A stretch of DNA of 64,000 nucleotides from Candidatus Bathyarchaeia archaeon (GTDB lineage Archaea > Thermoproteota > Bathyarchaeia > Bathyarchaeales > Bathycorpusculaceae), in contig JAVYWL010000003.1 in the NCBI GenBank assembly GCA_038727135.1, positions 64,001-128,000 on the forward strand, given 5' to 3'. The position numbers and the translations under genes were made by a program. The notes under the pieces were generated by a model that was not told the origin of the DNA, did no database searches, and saw only the letters and a list, made by a program, of their open reading frames with translations. Of the stretch, positions 38,101-48,678 are shown piece after piece (the first letter of the stretch is position 1; every line of letters begins with the position of its first letter).

Positions 38101-40572
38101 TTAGTCATATTCGCTTATGAAGTTTAATTCTGGATATTGGGGCACTTGTCTACCCTCGCCTTTTTCAGGCAAAATCTCCAGCTTTAAGATTTTGCACGTG
38201 CCAATGATGTCTTCTCTGTTCTCTTCTAGAATTCTCGCATAATCGTTGTTACCAGCGTAGATTTTAACCAGCTTTATTGGCGCATTGAGGGGCTTACGCT
38301 TTTCAGCCTTATCTCTTCTAATTTCTGTTATCAAGGTTATTAGCAGGTCGCCCTCTTTTTCAGCCCTTTCGTCGATTTTGCTTGCGTCTGCTTGGGGCCA
38401 TGGGGTTTTGTGTATGCTTTTTATGCCCATGTGTTCAGCATACATGTGCTGATAGATTTCCTCTGTTATATGGGGTGTTATAGGCGCCAGCAACTGTAGT
38501 ATACGGTATAAAACAGTGTAAAGCGTGTATTGGGCAGCTTTCCTTTTAGCTTCGCCATACAATTCGGGCTTGTATAGACGGTCCTTGACAGCTTCGATGT
38601 ACTGGTCGCAGAAGATATGCCAGGTGAAATTGCGTGTTTCTTCAAGGGCCATGTTGAACTGGCATTTTTCCAAGGCCTCTGTAACCCGCTGCGTCAGCCT
38701 TTCAGCCTTGCTTAAAATCCACTTATCCAACAGTTGAAGTTCATAATTGCCGTTGCCAGGCTTGTAGTCGGCTAGTTGGTTGCCTACGAAGCGGGCGGCG
38801 TTCCAGAGCTTTGTAAGGAAGCGCCTTCCATACTCCACGTCTGGCCATCTGAATGGAATGTCCGAGCCTGTTGCTCCGCCTCCAGCAGCCCATTGTCTGG
38901 CGGCGTCCGCCCCATACTTGTCTAGGACTTCTGGGGTTGCCACGTAGTTTTTTAGGGATTTGCTCATTTTTCTGCCGTCAGCGCCTAAAACCATGCCGTT
39001 TATGAGGCAGCTCTTGTAGGGCTTCTCATCAAACAGTGCCAAGTGCCTAACCATTAAGTAATAGGCCCATGTACGAATGATGTCCACACCTGAAGGATGC
39101 ATGTCTGCTGGGAAAAGCCTCCTCCAGTCCTTTCGGTCTGGCCAGCCCGCGTGTACGGCGCATGTTATGGAAGAGTCCATCCAAGTGTCCAGCACATCAG
39201 TTTCTGGAGTGAATTCTTTGCATCCGCATTTTGGACAGGCGTCTATGCGGGGCTTTTCAAGTTTTGGGTCTATGGGAACCCAACTTTCTTCCGCTAGGAT
39301 TGTTTCTCCGCATTTTTTACAGTACCATATAGGTATGGGCGTGGCGAAGATTCGTTGGCGGCTTATAACCCAGTCCCAATCCAGCGAACGTGCCCAATCT
39401 ATGAGGCGGTACTTCATGTAATCGGGATACCAAACAACCTCATGGGCTTCCTTTTCTACACGGTCTGTTAGGATGCGGGTTTTCATAAACCACTGTTTGC
39501 GCTCCAAAATTTCTATTGGCGTTTCGCATCTTTGGCATACGCCTATCTCCTGCCTTATAGACTCAATTTTTTCTAGAAGCCCTTCAGCCCTCAAGTCCTC
39601 TACTATGGCTTTTCTGGCTTCTTCGACCGTTAAGCCCTTATATTTTCCGCCGTTCTCGTTTATCAGCCCATTTTCAGTCAGAATTGTGATTACGGGCAAG
39701 TTGTGCCTCTTGACGGTGCGGACGTCCTCCTTGTCGCCGTAGGTGCAAATCATAACAACGCCTGTGCCGAAGGATGGGTCGACAGCGTCGTCTTGGATAA
39801 TCTCCACAGTGCGGTTCACAATTGGCACTTTTATGCGTTTTCCGATGTATTTGTTGTAGCGGGTGTCTGTTGGGTTTACCGCTACGGCTACACATGCCGG
39901 TATAAACTCTGGTCGGGTTGTGGCTATGAGAAGGTGTCCGCCACCATCTGCCAATGGAAATCTTATGTAGTGTAGCTTGCCTTCCCGCTCTTCATGCTCC
40001 ACTTCAGCATCTGCAATGGCAGTTTCACATCTTGGACACCAGTTGACCGGATGTGTGCCCTGATAAATGTATCCCTTCTTGTAGAGGATTATGAAGCTAA
40101 GCTGGGTTCTTCGCCAATAATCCGGGTCCATGGTGCGGTATTCCGTTGTCCAATCAACGCTGCATCCAAGCCTTACAATGCCCTCCTTCATCATGGCAAT
40201 ATACTTTTCAACAAGCTGCATGCACAAACTGCGAAACTTGTCAGGCGGCAAGTCTCGCTTACGAATGTTGTGCTCCCTTTCCACCTGAACTTCTATGCCT
40301 AAACCGTGGCAGTCCCACCCCTGCGGGAAATAGACATTGTATCCTCTCATGCGTTTATATCTGGCGACTATGTCGAAATAGGTCCAGTTTAGGACGTTCC
40401 CCATGTGGAACTCGCCGGAAGGATAAGGCGGCGGAGTGTCGATGCTGAAAACTGGACACTTTTTGTCTTTCCAGTCGAAACGGTATATACCCCAATCTTC
40501 CCAAAGCTTCTGCCACTTCCGCTCAATAGCTAATATGTCAAACTCCTTTGGCAAAGGCTTCATACGAGACAT
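38101..40572 (-). CDS. valS: Valine--tRNA ligase
   Basis: DTPPPYPSGEFHMGN, DWVISRQR, KMSKS; start MSRMKP (40572 or 40563). Confidence 0.95.
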   Translation of the reverse strand: MSRMKPLPKEFDILAIERKWQKLWEDWGIYRFDWKDKKCPVFSIDTPPPYPSGEFHMGNVLNWTYFDIVARYKRMRGYNVYFPQGWDCHGLGIEVQVEREHNIRKRDLPPDKFRSLCMQLVEKYIAMMKEGIVRLGCSVDWTTEYRTMDPDYWRRTQLSFIILYKKGYIYQGTHPVNWCPRCETAIADAEVEHEEREGKLHYIRFPLADGGGHLLIATTRPEFIPACVAVAVNPTDTRYNKYIGKRIKVPIVNRTVEIIQDDAVDPSFGTGVVMICTYGDKEDVRTVKRHNLPVITILTENGLINENGGKYKGLTVEEARKAIVEDLRAEGLLEKIESIRQEIGVCQRCETPIEILERKQWFMKTRILTDRVEKEAHEVVWYPDYMKYRLIDWARSLDWDWVISRQRIFATPIPIWYCKKCGETILAEESWVPIDPKLEKPRIDACPKCGCKEFTPETDVLDTWMDSSITCAVHAGWPDRKDWRRLFPADMHPSGVDIIRTWAYYLMVRHLALFDEKPYKSCLINGMVLGADGRKMSKSLKNYVATPEVLDKYGADAARQWAAGGGATGSDIPFRWPDVEYGRRFLTKLWNAARFVGNQLADYKPGNGNYELQLLDKWILSKAERLTQRVTEALEKCQFNMALEETRNFTWHIFCDQYIEAVKDRLYKPELYGEAKRKAAQYTLYTVLYRILQLLAPITPHITEEIYQHMYAEHMGIKSIHKTPWPQADASKIDERAEKEGDLLITLITEIRRDKAEKRKPLNAPIKLVKIYAGNNDYARILEENREDIIGTCKILKLEILPEKGEGRQVPQYPELNFISEYD

Positions 40573-40636
40573 CCTAACAAACTTCGACTTTAGGAAAGAT
40601 AAATATACAAGTACATAACAATTACTCCGCTCAAGG

Positions 40637-40728
40637 TTTAGGGGAGCTGGGCGGTGACCCGGCTGAGAGGACGGCTGAGCGCCGTCGACCCTCAGAACCT
40701 GATCCGGGTAATGCCGGCGGAGGGAAAA
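40637..40728 (+). promoter_or_regulatory. TPP riboswitch upstream of thiC
   Basis: AGGGGAGC...GCTGAGA...GACCC..AGAACCTGATCCGGGTAATGCCGGCGGAGGGA matches the THI-box consensus. Confidence 0.92.
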
Positions 40729-40803
40729 TGGAGTGAATAGAGGTGCCTTCAAACTTCTCTAAACAAATAATAACGATCTATTCTGGTTTCTGGAGGGTTT
40801 TGA

Positions 40804-42105
40804 TTGACAACGCAGATGGAGGCAGCTAGGAGAGGGCAAATAACCGAGGAAATGCGGATAGTTGCAGAGGACGAAGGCGAATCTCCCCAAGCCCTTTGCC
40901 AGCGCATAGCACAAGGCACTGTCATAATAACTCGCAACATTAAACGGGAAAACGTTCACCCGGTGGGGATTGGCAAAGGCTTACGCACAAAGGTTAACGC
41001 CAACATTGGCACAAGCCAAGACCTATGCGACCTAAACTTGGAGATTGAGAAGGCCAAGGTTGCCGTCAAATATGGCGCCGACACCGTTATGGATTTAAGC
41101 ACAGCTGGCGACTTGGACGAAATAAGAAGAGCCATAATCAAGGCTGTAAATGTGCCCATTGGAACAGTGCCGATTTATCAGGCAGCCATAGAAGCTACGA
41201 AAAAGAGGGGCGCAATAATCCACATGACAGAAGACGACATATTCAACACCATAGAGAAACACGCCAAAGACGGTGTTGACTTCATGACCGTGCACTGCGG
41301 CGTCACACAACAAATCGTCAAAAAACTCGCGAAGCACCCTAGACTCATGGGAGTTGTAAGCCGCGGCGGAACATTCCTAGCCGCTTGGATACTCCACCAC
41401 AACAAAGAAAACCCATTATACGCCAACTACGACTACCTTCTGGAACTGGCTAAAAAATACGATTTTGCCCTAAGCCTAGGAGACGGCTTAAGGCCGGGCT
41501 GCATATTTGACTCCACAGACTGGGCTCAAATTCAAGAGTTGCTAACAATCGGAGAGCTTGTAGAAAGGGCGAGGGACGCAAACGTTCAAGTCATGGTGGA
41601 GGGACCCGGCCATCTGCCATTAAACGATGTGGCTGCCAACGTCCAGCTTGAAAAATCCATATGCAAGGATGCACCCTTTTACGTGCTTGGTCCAGTTGTC
41701 ACCGAGATAGCGCCTGGATACGACCACATTGTTGGGGCTATAGGCGGAGCGTTGGCTGGTTTGGCAGGCGCCGACTTCTTATGTTACTTGACACCGGCGG
41801 AGCATCTAGGACTGCCAAGCCTAGAAGATGTTAAAGAGGGCGTTATAGCCACAAAAATTGCTGCTCATGCCGCTGACATTGCAAAGCTTGGAGCAAAAGC
41901 CGCTGCACAGGACCTAGCTATGGCTAAGGCTAGGGCGAATCTCGACTGGAAGGGGCAGTTTGAGAATGCCATAGACCCGGAAAAGGCGAAAAAGGTTCAT
42001 GGACGCATAAAGCCGAAAAGTCCTGAAACATGCTCCATGTGCTCGGAATATTGCGCCATAAAAATTTTGAAGGAAGCCTTAAAGGCGGAGGGACAATGCC
42101 TATGA
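40804..42105 (+). CDS. thiC: Phosphomethylpyrimidine synthase
   Basis: KVNANIGTS, SRGG, EGPGH, TPAEHL, CSMC...C. Confidence 0.95.
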   Translation: MTTQMEAARRGQITEEMRIVAEDEGESPQALCQRIAQGTVIITRNIKRENVHPVGIGKGLRTKVNANIGTSQDLCDLNLEIEKAKVAVKYGADTVMDLSTAGDLDEIRRAIIKAVNVPIGTVPIYQAAIEATKKRGAIIHMTEDDIFNTIEKHAKDGVDFMTVHCGVTQQIVKKLAKHPRLMGVVSRGGTFLAAWILHHNKENPLYANYDYLLELAKKYDFALSLGDGLRPGCIFDSTDWAQIQELLTIGELVERARDANVQVMVEGPGHLPLNDVAANVQLEKSICKDAPFYVLGPVVTEIAPGYDHIVGAIGGALAGLAGADFLCYLTPAEHLGLPSLEDVKEGVIATKIAAHAADIAKLGAKAAAQDLAMAKARANLDWKGQFENAIDPEKAKKVHGRIKPKSPETCSMCSEYCAIKILKEALKAEGQCL

Positions 42106-43463
42106 AAAGCCGAATTCCGGTGGCAATAACGATTGCTGGTAGTGACTCCGGTGGTGGCGCTGGAATTCAAGCAGACTTAAAGACTTTTGCGGCTTTAGGA
42201 GTCCATGGAACAGTTGCCATCACCTCTATCACGGCTCAAAACACTTATTCTGTCCGGGCTGTTCAGGACTTGAAGCCAGAAATCGTCAGCGAACAGATTA
42301 GAGCTGTAGCCGAAGATTTTTGCATTGATGCTGGAAAAACAGGCATGCTCCACACGGATGAAATCATAAAAGCTGTGGCTTCAGAAGTCTCCAAATACAA
42401 TTTTCCACTAGTTGTGGACCCGGTGATGGTGGCGAAGTCTGGTGTACCGCTGCTAAAACCCGAAGCCATAAATGCCCTAAAAGAGCATTTGCTTCCCTTG
42501 GCGACCGTCGTTACTCCCAACAGGTTTGAGGCTGAAAGGCTCTCCGGCATTGAGATTAAAAGCTTAAGGGAGGCTGAAAATGCCGCCAAGAAAATCTCTA
42601 AGATGGGACCAGAGGCTGTTGTGGTTAAGGGTGGACACATTGAAGGCGCAGAGGTAACAGACATCCTCTATTATAAAGGTAAGCTTCGGCGTTTCACATT
42701 GCCTAGACTGGATGAAAAAACCACACATGGAACTGGATGCAGCTTCTCAGCTGCCATAGCCGCTGGACTTGCCAAAAAATTGGGCGTTCCAGAGGCTGTT
42801 GAAAACGCTAAGAACTTTGTGGCTTTAAGCATAAAGTTTGGCTTAAAAATTGGGAAGGGTTACGGTCCAGTTAATCCTATGGCTTATCTTTATCGCGAAG
42901 CCTCGAGGTATGAGGTTTTGCTCAACTTGGAGGAAGCCAAAAACCTTTTGGAGAGGCATCCAGAGGTTGCAGAGCTTATTCCAGAAGTGGGCATGAACGT
43001 CGCCATGGCTGTCAGATATGCTGAAAGTGTTAATGATGTTGCCGCCATAGACGGAAGAATCGTCAGAACATTAAGCGGCGTTAGGGCTGCCGGAAACCCG
43101 AAGTTTGGGTGTTCCCGCCACCTAGCCAAGTATTTAGTTGAAATTGTTAGGCATGAGGAGGATAAGAGGGCTGCAATAAACCTAAAGTTTTCAGAGGAAA
43201 CCTTGAAAATTTTGGAAAAGCGCGGTTTAACTGTATCCTTTTATGACCGCTCAAAAGAGCCTGAAGAAATCAAGAGGGTTGAGGGTATGACCATACCTTG
43301 GGGTGTGAAAGAAGCCATAAAAAATGTTGGAAAAGTACCAGATGTTATTTATCATAGGGGCGACGTTGGGAAGGAGCCTATGATAGTTGCTTTTGGTAGG
43401 GACGCCCTTTCCTTGGCTAAAATGGTCGTGGAAATTGCTGGAGGGAAAAAGGGCGATGCATAG
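42102..43463 (+). CDS. thiD: Bifunctional HMP/HMP-P kinase - thiamine-phosphate synthase (ThiD-ThiN)
   Basis: IAGSDSGGGAGIQAD, HGTGC; ThiN part IPEVGMN...GKEPM; ATGA overlap with thiC. Confidence 0.92.
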   Translation: MKSRIPVAITIAGSDSGGGAGIQADLKTFAALGVHGTVAITSITAQNTYSVRAVQDLKPEIVSEQIRAVAEDFCIDAGKTGMLHTDEIIKAVASEVSKYNFPLVVDPVMVAKSGVPLLKPEAINALKEHLLPLATVVTPNRFEAERLSGIEIKSLREAENAAKKISKMGPEAVVVKGGHIEGAEVTDILYYKGKLRRFTLPRLDEKTTHGTGCSFSAAIAAGLAKKLGVPEAVENAKNFVALSIKFGLKIGKGYGPVNPMAYLYREASRYEVLLNLEEAKNLLERHPEVAELIPEVGMNVAMAVRYAESVNDVAAIDGRIVRTLSGVRAAGNPKFGCSRHLAKYLVEIVRHEEDKRAAINLKFSEETLKILEKRGLTVSFYDRSKEPEEIKRVEGMTIPWGVKEAIKNVGKVPDVIYHRGDVGKEPMIVAFGRDALSLAKMVVEIAGGKKGDA

Positions 43464-43675
43464 GTCATATTTGACGTTTAAGCCAGTTTCTAGCCCATTT
43501 TCGCAAGCACTCTTCAGAGCAGAAAACATAAAGCTTATTCACACAGCATGTTTTGCGCACAACCGGTTTTCCGGTTATGATTTTTCCGCAGACTTGGCAT
43601 CGCATGTTTGGCTACCTAACGAGGAAATGGTTTTAAGCGGTATAAAGCTCTTCCTAAAGGCTGGAGGCATAATCA

Positions 43676-44473
43676 ATGGCTGAAAAGATCAGGGAAGTTG
43701 AAGAGGAAGTCATAACAAGGGCGATAATTCGGAAAGCTATGGAAGACTGGATAGACTTGGCTGAAACAGACGTTGTCGTTGTTGGGGCTGGTCCTTCTGG
43801 TTTGACGGCAGCAAGACGCTTGGCAAAGGCTGGATTGAAAACTGTTGTTTTTGAGAGGAAGCTCTCCTTTGGCGGCGGAATAGGCGGCGGAGGCATGCAG
43901 TTCCACAAAATTGTTGTGCAGTCGCCGGCGGACAAGATTCTCCGGGAAGTGGGCTGCAAACTTGAGCCTTTAGAGAAGGGACTCTTCATCGTGGACACGG
44001 CTGACATGATGGCGAAGCTAGCCTGCGGAGCCATCGACGCCGGGGCAAAAATAATTTTGGGTGTAACTGTTGACGACCTAATATACCGCGATTCGCCCAC
44101 AAGGGTTGTTGGTGTTGTCGTTCAGTGGACATCGGTCATTATGGCTGGCATCCATGTTGACCCATTGGCTGTTAAAGCTAAAGCTGTCATTGACTGCACT
44201 GGTCATGATGCAGAAGTTCTCGCTGTAGCCTCTAGAAAAATTCCAGAACTGGGAATCACTATTCAAGGCGAAAAATCCATGTGGTCGTCCCGTGCAGAAG
44301 AGCTAACAGTCAAAAATACTAGGGAAGTTTGTCCGGGACTTTTTGCCGCGGGAATGGCTGTCGCCGCCATAGACCAAGCGCCACGTATGGGACCAATATT
44401 TGGAGGCATGCTCCTCAGCGGCGAAAAGGTTGCGCAGCTGGTTATAGAGAAACTAAAGGGCAAGGGCGCCTAA
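43676..44473 (+). CDS. thi4: Sulfide-dependent thiazole synthase (His-type Thi4)
   Basis: [30 protein letters not shown]. Confidence 0.93.
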   Translation: MAEKIREVEEEVITRAIIRKAMEDWIDLAETDVVVVGAGPSGLTAARRLAKAGLKTVVFERKLSFGGGIGGGGMQFHKIVVQSPADKILREVGCKLEPLEKGLFIVDTADMMAKLACGAIDAGAKIILGVTVDDLIYRDSPTRVVGVVVQWTSVIMAGIHVDPLAVKAKAVIDCTGHDAEVLAVASRKIPELGITIQGEKSMWSSRAEELTVKNTREVCPGLFAAGMAVAAIDQAPRMGPIFGGMLLSGEKVAQLVIEKLKGKGA

Positions 44474-44479
44474 ACCTTC

Positions 44480-44611
44480 ATGGACTTTTGTGGCATCTGC
44501 AAAAAGAAAGCCGCAAATTACACTTGCCGAAGGTGTGGCAAGCGTGTCTGCAGAGACTGCTATTTTCACCATGGAATCTGCATAGAATGTGCTAGGCTTT
44601 TAGGAAAGTAG
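44480..44611 (+). CDS. Small Cys-rich Zn-finger protein (43 aa), absent from the ORF track
   Basis: MDFCGICKKKAANYTCRRCGKRVCRDCYFHHGICIECARLLGK*, four CxxC pairs. Confidence 0.7.
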   Translation: MDFCGICKKKAANYTCRRCGKRVCRDCYFHHGICIECARLLGK

Positions 44612-45373
44612 TATCCTTTCAGGAGCATTGTAGACGTTCATCCGCTTTCCACGAACAAAGCCTATCAACGTTAAATTCGCCCTTTTGGCAACTTCTATGC
44701 CGGAGTCCAGCGCCGCAGCTATTGAGGCGATTATTGGTATGCCAACCCTTGCGGCTTTCAGAGCTATGTCAGCTGTCAGCCTCCCACTTAGGGTTAGGAA
44801 ACATCCGCCGAAGTCCGTCTTTTGTAAGGCGCATTTCCCCACGACTTTATCCACGGCATTGTGACGCCCAACATCCTCTGCAAAAGCCAATAGCGTCCCG
44901 TCAGCCTTGTAGATGGCAGCAGCATGCACTCCACCCGTTTTCCTGAAAGTCCCTGCCATGCGATTTAGGTTGTTAACGCAGTTCTGGACAGTTTCAGCCT
45001 TAACGATTATTTCCGAGTCTACTTTCTTGAGGAATTTTGGTGTTTGAGGCTGGTAAGGCCCTCCGCATGCTGATGGAATTAAACGGGAGAGCCGTCCCGC
45101 AAGTTTTAGGCGAGTTTCAAGGTTTACGCTTGGTTTTAGGTTTACGTGGCATGTGTCCTTTTTAACCGATATTTTTTCGACTTCTTCAACCGCCTTAACT
45201 ATGCCTTCTGCGAGAAGATGTCCCAAAACCAGTTCTTTTAGGTCTTTAGGAGTGCATATTATTGTGGCGTAATGCCTCTTGTTTATGAAAATGTGGATGG
45301 GCTTTTCTTCAGCCACGTAATCCTCGATTTTCTGAAGTTTTTTGGCTTCGGTGTCAATTTTAACTATTTCCAC
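44600..45373 (-). CDS. fdhD: Formate dehydrogenase accessory sulfurtransferase
   Basis: TGGVHAA, EDVGRHNAVDK, SGR, LIGFVR. Confidence 0.92.
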   Translation of the reverse strand: MEIVKIDTEAKKLQKIEDYVAEEKPIHIFINKRHYATIICTPKDLKELVLGHLLAEGIVKAVEEVEKISVKKDTCHVNLKPSVNLETRLKLAGRLSRLIPSACGGPYQPQTPKFLKKVDSEIIVKAETVQNCVNNLNRMAGTFRKTGGVHAAAIYKADGTLLAFAEDVGRHNAVDKVVGKCALQKTDFGGCFLTLSGRLTADIALKAARVGIPIIASIAAALDSGIEVAKRANLTLIGFVRGKRMNVYNAPERILLS

Positions 45374-45398
45374 TTTTGCTAAATTGGATACCCCCTCT

Positions 45399-46277
45399 CT
45401 ATTTTTTCAGCTCCGAAAGCACAAAATCGACTATTTCATCTGCAATATTGACCCTAGTGACGGACTGTAAGCCCTTCCACCCGGGTTGACTGTTAACCTC
45501 CACCACGAGCGGGCCCTTTGGGCTTTCGAGGATGTCCACTCCTGCAATTTTGCATTTTATTAGGTGGGCGGATTTTACGGCTAACTCTTCCAGCTGGCTG
45601 TCAAGCTTTATTGGCTCTGGGCAGGCTCCTTGGCTGTAGTTGGTTTTCCAGCTTTTGGCAACTCGGCGCATGGCGGCAACCACGCGGTCGCCTATAACAA
45701 AGGCGCGGATATCAGAACAGCCGTGAGGGACAAACTCTTGAATGTAGATTACGCCATGATAAAAGGTCACAGCTCTAAAGGCTGTGTAGGCTACTTCCGG
45801 GTCATTTATGCGCGTCGAGCCTATACCCCTAGAGCCGAAAATTGGCTTGAGGACAACGTCTCCGCCAAGCTCATGGAAAGCCTTTAAGGCTTCGTCAGCA
45901 TCCTCAGTGACAGCTGTCCGCGGCACTGGTATGCCAGCATCCTCCAGTATCGCCAGCAAATCGTATTTGTCAACACAGTGTTCAATGGCTTCTGGAGGAT
46001 TAATAACGTAAAAGCCGAGCCTTTCAAGGCGATAAAGCAAGTCCATGCGGAAAACAATCTCCTCCAATGAACCGCGTCCAATTGGGCGAATTATCAGAGC
46101 ATTTAAATCTTTCAAGACATCGACACTGCGAACGTTTAGGTAGGGCTTATAACCAACCCGCGCCACAAGCCATGGAAAGCTAAAACAAACATATGGAATC
46201 TTGCGCCTTGACAATGCTTCACGAAGCTGAGTTGAACTATAAGCGTTGGGATTTCGCGTGACGATGCCAATTTTCAA
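45399..46277 (-). CDS. RimK-family ATP-grasp alpha-L-glutamate ligase (MptN-like)
   Basis: VLKPIFGSRGIG, DIRAFV, WKTN, GVD, EVN. Confidence 0.85.
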   Translation of the reverse strand: MKIGIVTRNPNAYSSTQLREALSRRKIPYVCFSFPWLVARVGYKPYLNVRSVDVLKDLNALIIRPIGRGSLEEIVFRMDLLYRLERLGFYVINPPEAIEHCVDKYDLLAILEDAGIPVPRTAVTEDADEALKAFHELGGDVVLKPIFGSRGIGSTRINDPEVAYTAFRAVTFYHGVIYIQEFVPHGCSDIRAFVIGDRVVAAMRRVAKSWKTNYSQGACPEPIKLDSQLEELAVKSAHLIKCKIAGVDILESPKGPLVVEVNSQPGWKGLQSVTRVNIADEIVDFVLSELKK

Positions 46278-46355
46278 TTTTATCCGTCCTAACCAACCTT
46301 TACAATGAAATCCTTCTGAGCTGGGTTCTTAAAGTTTCCCACATGACAAAATGGT

Positions 46356-47288
46356 TTAAAATTTATGGACCTTTTCCACCAGGTCCTCTGCTTTTTGTAG
46401 TTTATGAGAAAGTTCTAACTTCAAGTACGCGCCATGAGGGTTATAGTATGGTGGTCCTTTCCTTGAGAATAGTGTTAGAATTTTTCCTTCGTGGTTTATT
46501 TTGTAGCCTTCCTCGCATGGCTCATGCCCTCTTATCAAAATTTTAACGCCAAAATTTTGCAGAACGGTGTCAGTCACTTTTTGTCCGAAGAGTTTTCCCG
46601 CTCCACGAGGAGATGCGCATGTTTCACTTATTGCGTTGGTTGGGTCGCTCCAAAGCAAGTCTTCCAGAAGGCTCTCCTTTGGATGCCTTTCATGGGCGTA
46701 GGCTAAATCCTCAAGGCTTTTTGCTTGCGGTGGCACACCGCCATGAACCATCAGGTAGCGTTCCTCAACAATTACGGCATTGTACAAGAACCCGAAAAGT
46801 TTGAAAATTTCCTCGTAAGCTTGTTGCCACGCTTTGCCGAATTTTGCTTGGAACTGCCATGGCAGGTCGTGGGGTGAAGCCAGTAGGTCTTCTGGTCCCT
46901 CGTGGTTTCCCCTCATTAGGATTATCTGCTTTGGAAAGTGCAGCTTAAGTTTCAAAAGCGTGTAATAAACTTCAGCGGATAAGGGCCCTCTATCCCCGTA
47001 ATCGCCTAGGAAAATCATGGTTGCTTTTTCGTCTCGGCTTAGTTTGTCTAGGAAGTTGCTTCTGTTTAAGATTTCTATTAGGCTTTCCAAGTCGCCGTGC
47101 AAATCCCCAACAACCAGCGCCTCGCCTATGGGCGAAAGTTTAACAAGCCTACCAAAAACCTCAAAATTCCCCATTTTCCCGTTTTCTTTACCAATCAGCT
47201 CCCTAGCCTCTTGAACGACGCGGCAGAAATCTTCGGATGAAGCTTCAAAGGCTTCTTTAACAATTTGCTTAAGATTTGGCTTTTGCAA
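46356..47288 (-). CDS. PPP-family Ser/Thr protein phosphatase
   Basis: GDLHG, GDYGDRG, RGNHE, HGG, LWSDP, RGHE. Confidence 0.92.
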   Translation of the reverse strand: MQKPNLKQIVKEAFEASSEDFCRVVQEARELIGKENGKMGNFEVFGRLVKLSPIGEALVVGDLHGDLESLIEILNRSNFLDKLSRDEKATMIFLGDYGDRGPLSAEVYYTLLKLKLHFPKQIILMRGNHEGPEDLLASPHDLPWQFQAKFGKAWQQAYEEIFKLFGFLYNAVIVEERYLMVHGGVPPQAKSLEDLAYAHERHPKESLLEDLLWSDPTNAISETCASPRGAGKLFGQKVTDTVLQNFGVKILIRGHEPCEEGYKINHEGKILTLFSRKGPPYYNPHGAYLKLELSHKLQKAEDLVEKVHKF

Positions 47289-47298
47289 GTTCTCTGCC

Positions 47299-48582
47299 TC
47301 AAACCTCGATGGCTATTTCAACTCGTTTTCCGGAAAAGTTGAGAATGTTCTTCTCCATGCGGCTTTTGCATTCAAAAATTTTTGCAGCGACATCCTTTAA
47401 GCCCTTTTCAGTCGCCACAATTTCAGCTTCTAAGTTTTCAGCCTTTTTCTTCAACCTATCCACTTGCTCATTTAGTCTCGCCACTTCGCTTTTGGCTTCG
47501 GCTAAAGTTGAGGATGCGAAAAGTTTAGCTTTGCGCTGATTCGCGTCCAAACATTTTTGGTATAGGCTTGCAAGCGAATTCTTGCTGAGAATTTCCTCTA
47601 CGGCTTGCCTTGCTTTTCGCTCCTTATCAGGCTTAAGTTTAAGCTTGCCTTCCACCATAAGCCTCAAGGTTTTCTGCAAAATCTGCCTCAAAAGTGGATA
47701 GCCACTATTTTCTGTAGCTAAAGCCTCGAAAGGATCTGCTAAATATTGGTTAAGCTTTTTCAGCTCTTCTGGTGTTAAGCCGCTTCCTTCGCCATGAGAA
47801 GCCAATGACTGAAGCTTTATTAGGGGCTTTTGAAGGTGACGAAGGCAATACTCGACCTCCCTTCTTAAACTGCTTATTGCTTCGTCCAACTCTGCCAAGT
47901 GGCTTAACCCACCACTTTTTCCAAGTTCAACAATCCTGGACTGGACGTGGGCCAAATCCTCCTCAACTTTTCTACGCTCATCTTCAACTCTCTTTCTCTC
48001 CATTCTTAGGTTTGCCGCCCTCTCCTTCAGCCTGTTAACCTCGTCTATAAGTTGGAAGGTTTCCTCCAAAACCTTCGCCTTAACATACTCTTTTGTTAGA
48101 AACTCGTTAAGCTCCTTAAGTGTGTCCTTCGCAGTTTCAAAAGCCCTTAAGAATTTGCCTCTATCCATTATGAAGAAGGGTGAAATCCTTGGAAACCAGT
48201 TTCTAACATCAACATCCGTAACAGTATAGGCTTTCTGGGCAGCATTAACAAAACTTTCAACATCTTTAAAGGATGGCTTTTCCGGAACCCTAATCGGCTG
48301 CATCCTCTCCCAAAAAAGTTTAGCAAGCTTGTTTAAGGCTTGCGCCCTCTTAAAAGTGCGCATGTTACGCTTCTCAATTTCTTTACGGCTGCTCTCCAAA
48401 AGCATGCGGCAAGCATCAACCAAGCCCTGATGGGACTCCCGCATCTCGTCGAGAAGCCTCTCAGCCTTAGCACGCACAGGACCAAGAACAGAGCTGGTTT
48501 CGCCCTTAAGCCAATCCCTAAGCTCATCGAAGTGAATTTTTAGGCTTACTGACAACAGGCCCCTCCAAAAATAAATGGGCAA
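47299..48582 (-). CDS. Coiled-coil hypothetical protein
   Basis: 427-aa ORF with long heptad regions. Confidence 0.75.
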   Translation of the reverse strand: MPIYFWRGLLSVSLKIHFDELRDWLKGETSSVLGPVRAKAERLLDEMRESHQGLVDACRMLLESSRKEIEKRNMRTFKRAQALNKLAKLFWERMQPIRVPEKPSFKDVESFVNAAQKAYTVTDVDVRNWFPRISPFFIMDRGKFLRAFETAKDTLKELNEFLTKEYVKAKVLEETFQLIDEVNRLKERAANLRMERKRVEDERRKVEEDLAHVQSRIVELGKSGGLSHLAELDEAISSLRREVEYCLRHLQKPLIKLQSLASHGEGSGLTPEELKKLNQYLADPFEALATENSGYPLLRQILQKTLRLMVEGKLKLKPDKERKARQAVEEILSKNSLASLYQKCLDANQRKAKLFASSTLAEAKSEVARLNEQVDRLKKKAENLEAEIVATEKGLKDVAAKIFECKSRMEKNILNFSGKRVEIAIEV

Positions 48583-48678
48583 AAGTCATATTAATGTTTA
48601 AAGCATTTTACTTTTACTCATTTTTAAGTAGAAACTTATATATGAGTATAACTCTAAAGCTCGCTCAGCAGGGACGAA

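Noticed and set aside
40573-40752. N-terminal extension of ValS
   Set aside because: Antisense to the TPP riboswitch; ValS similarity starts at MKPLPKEFD.
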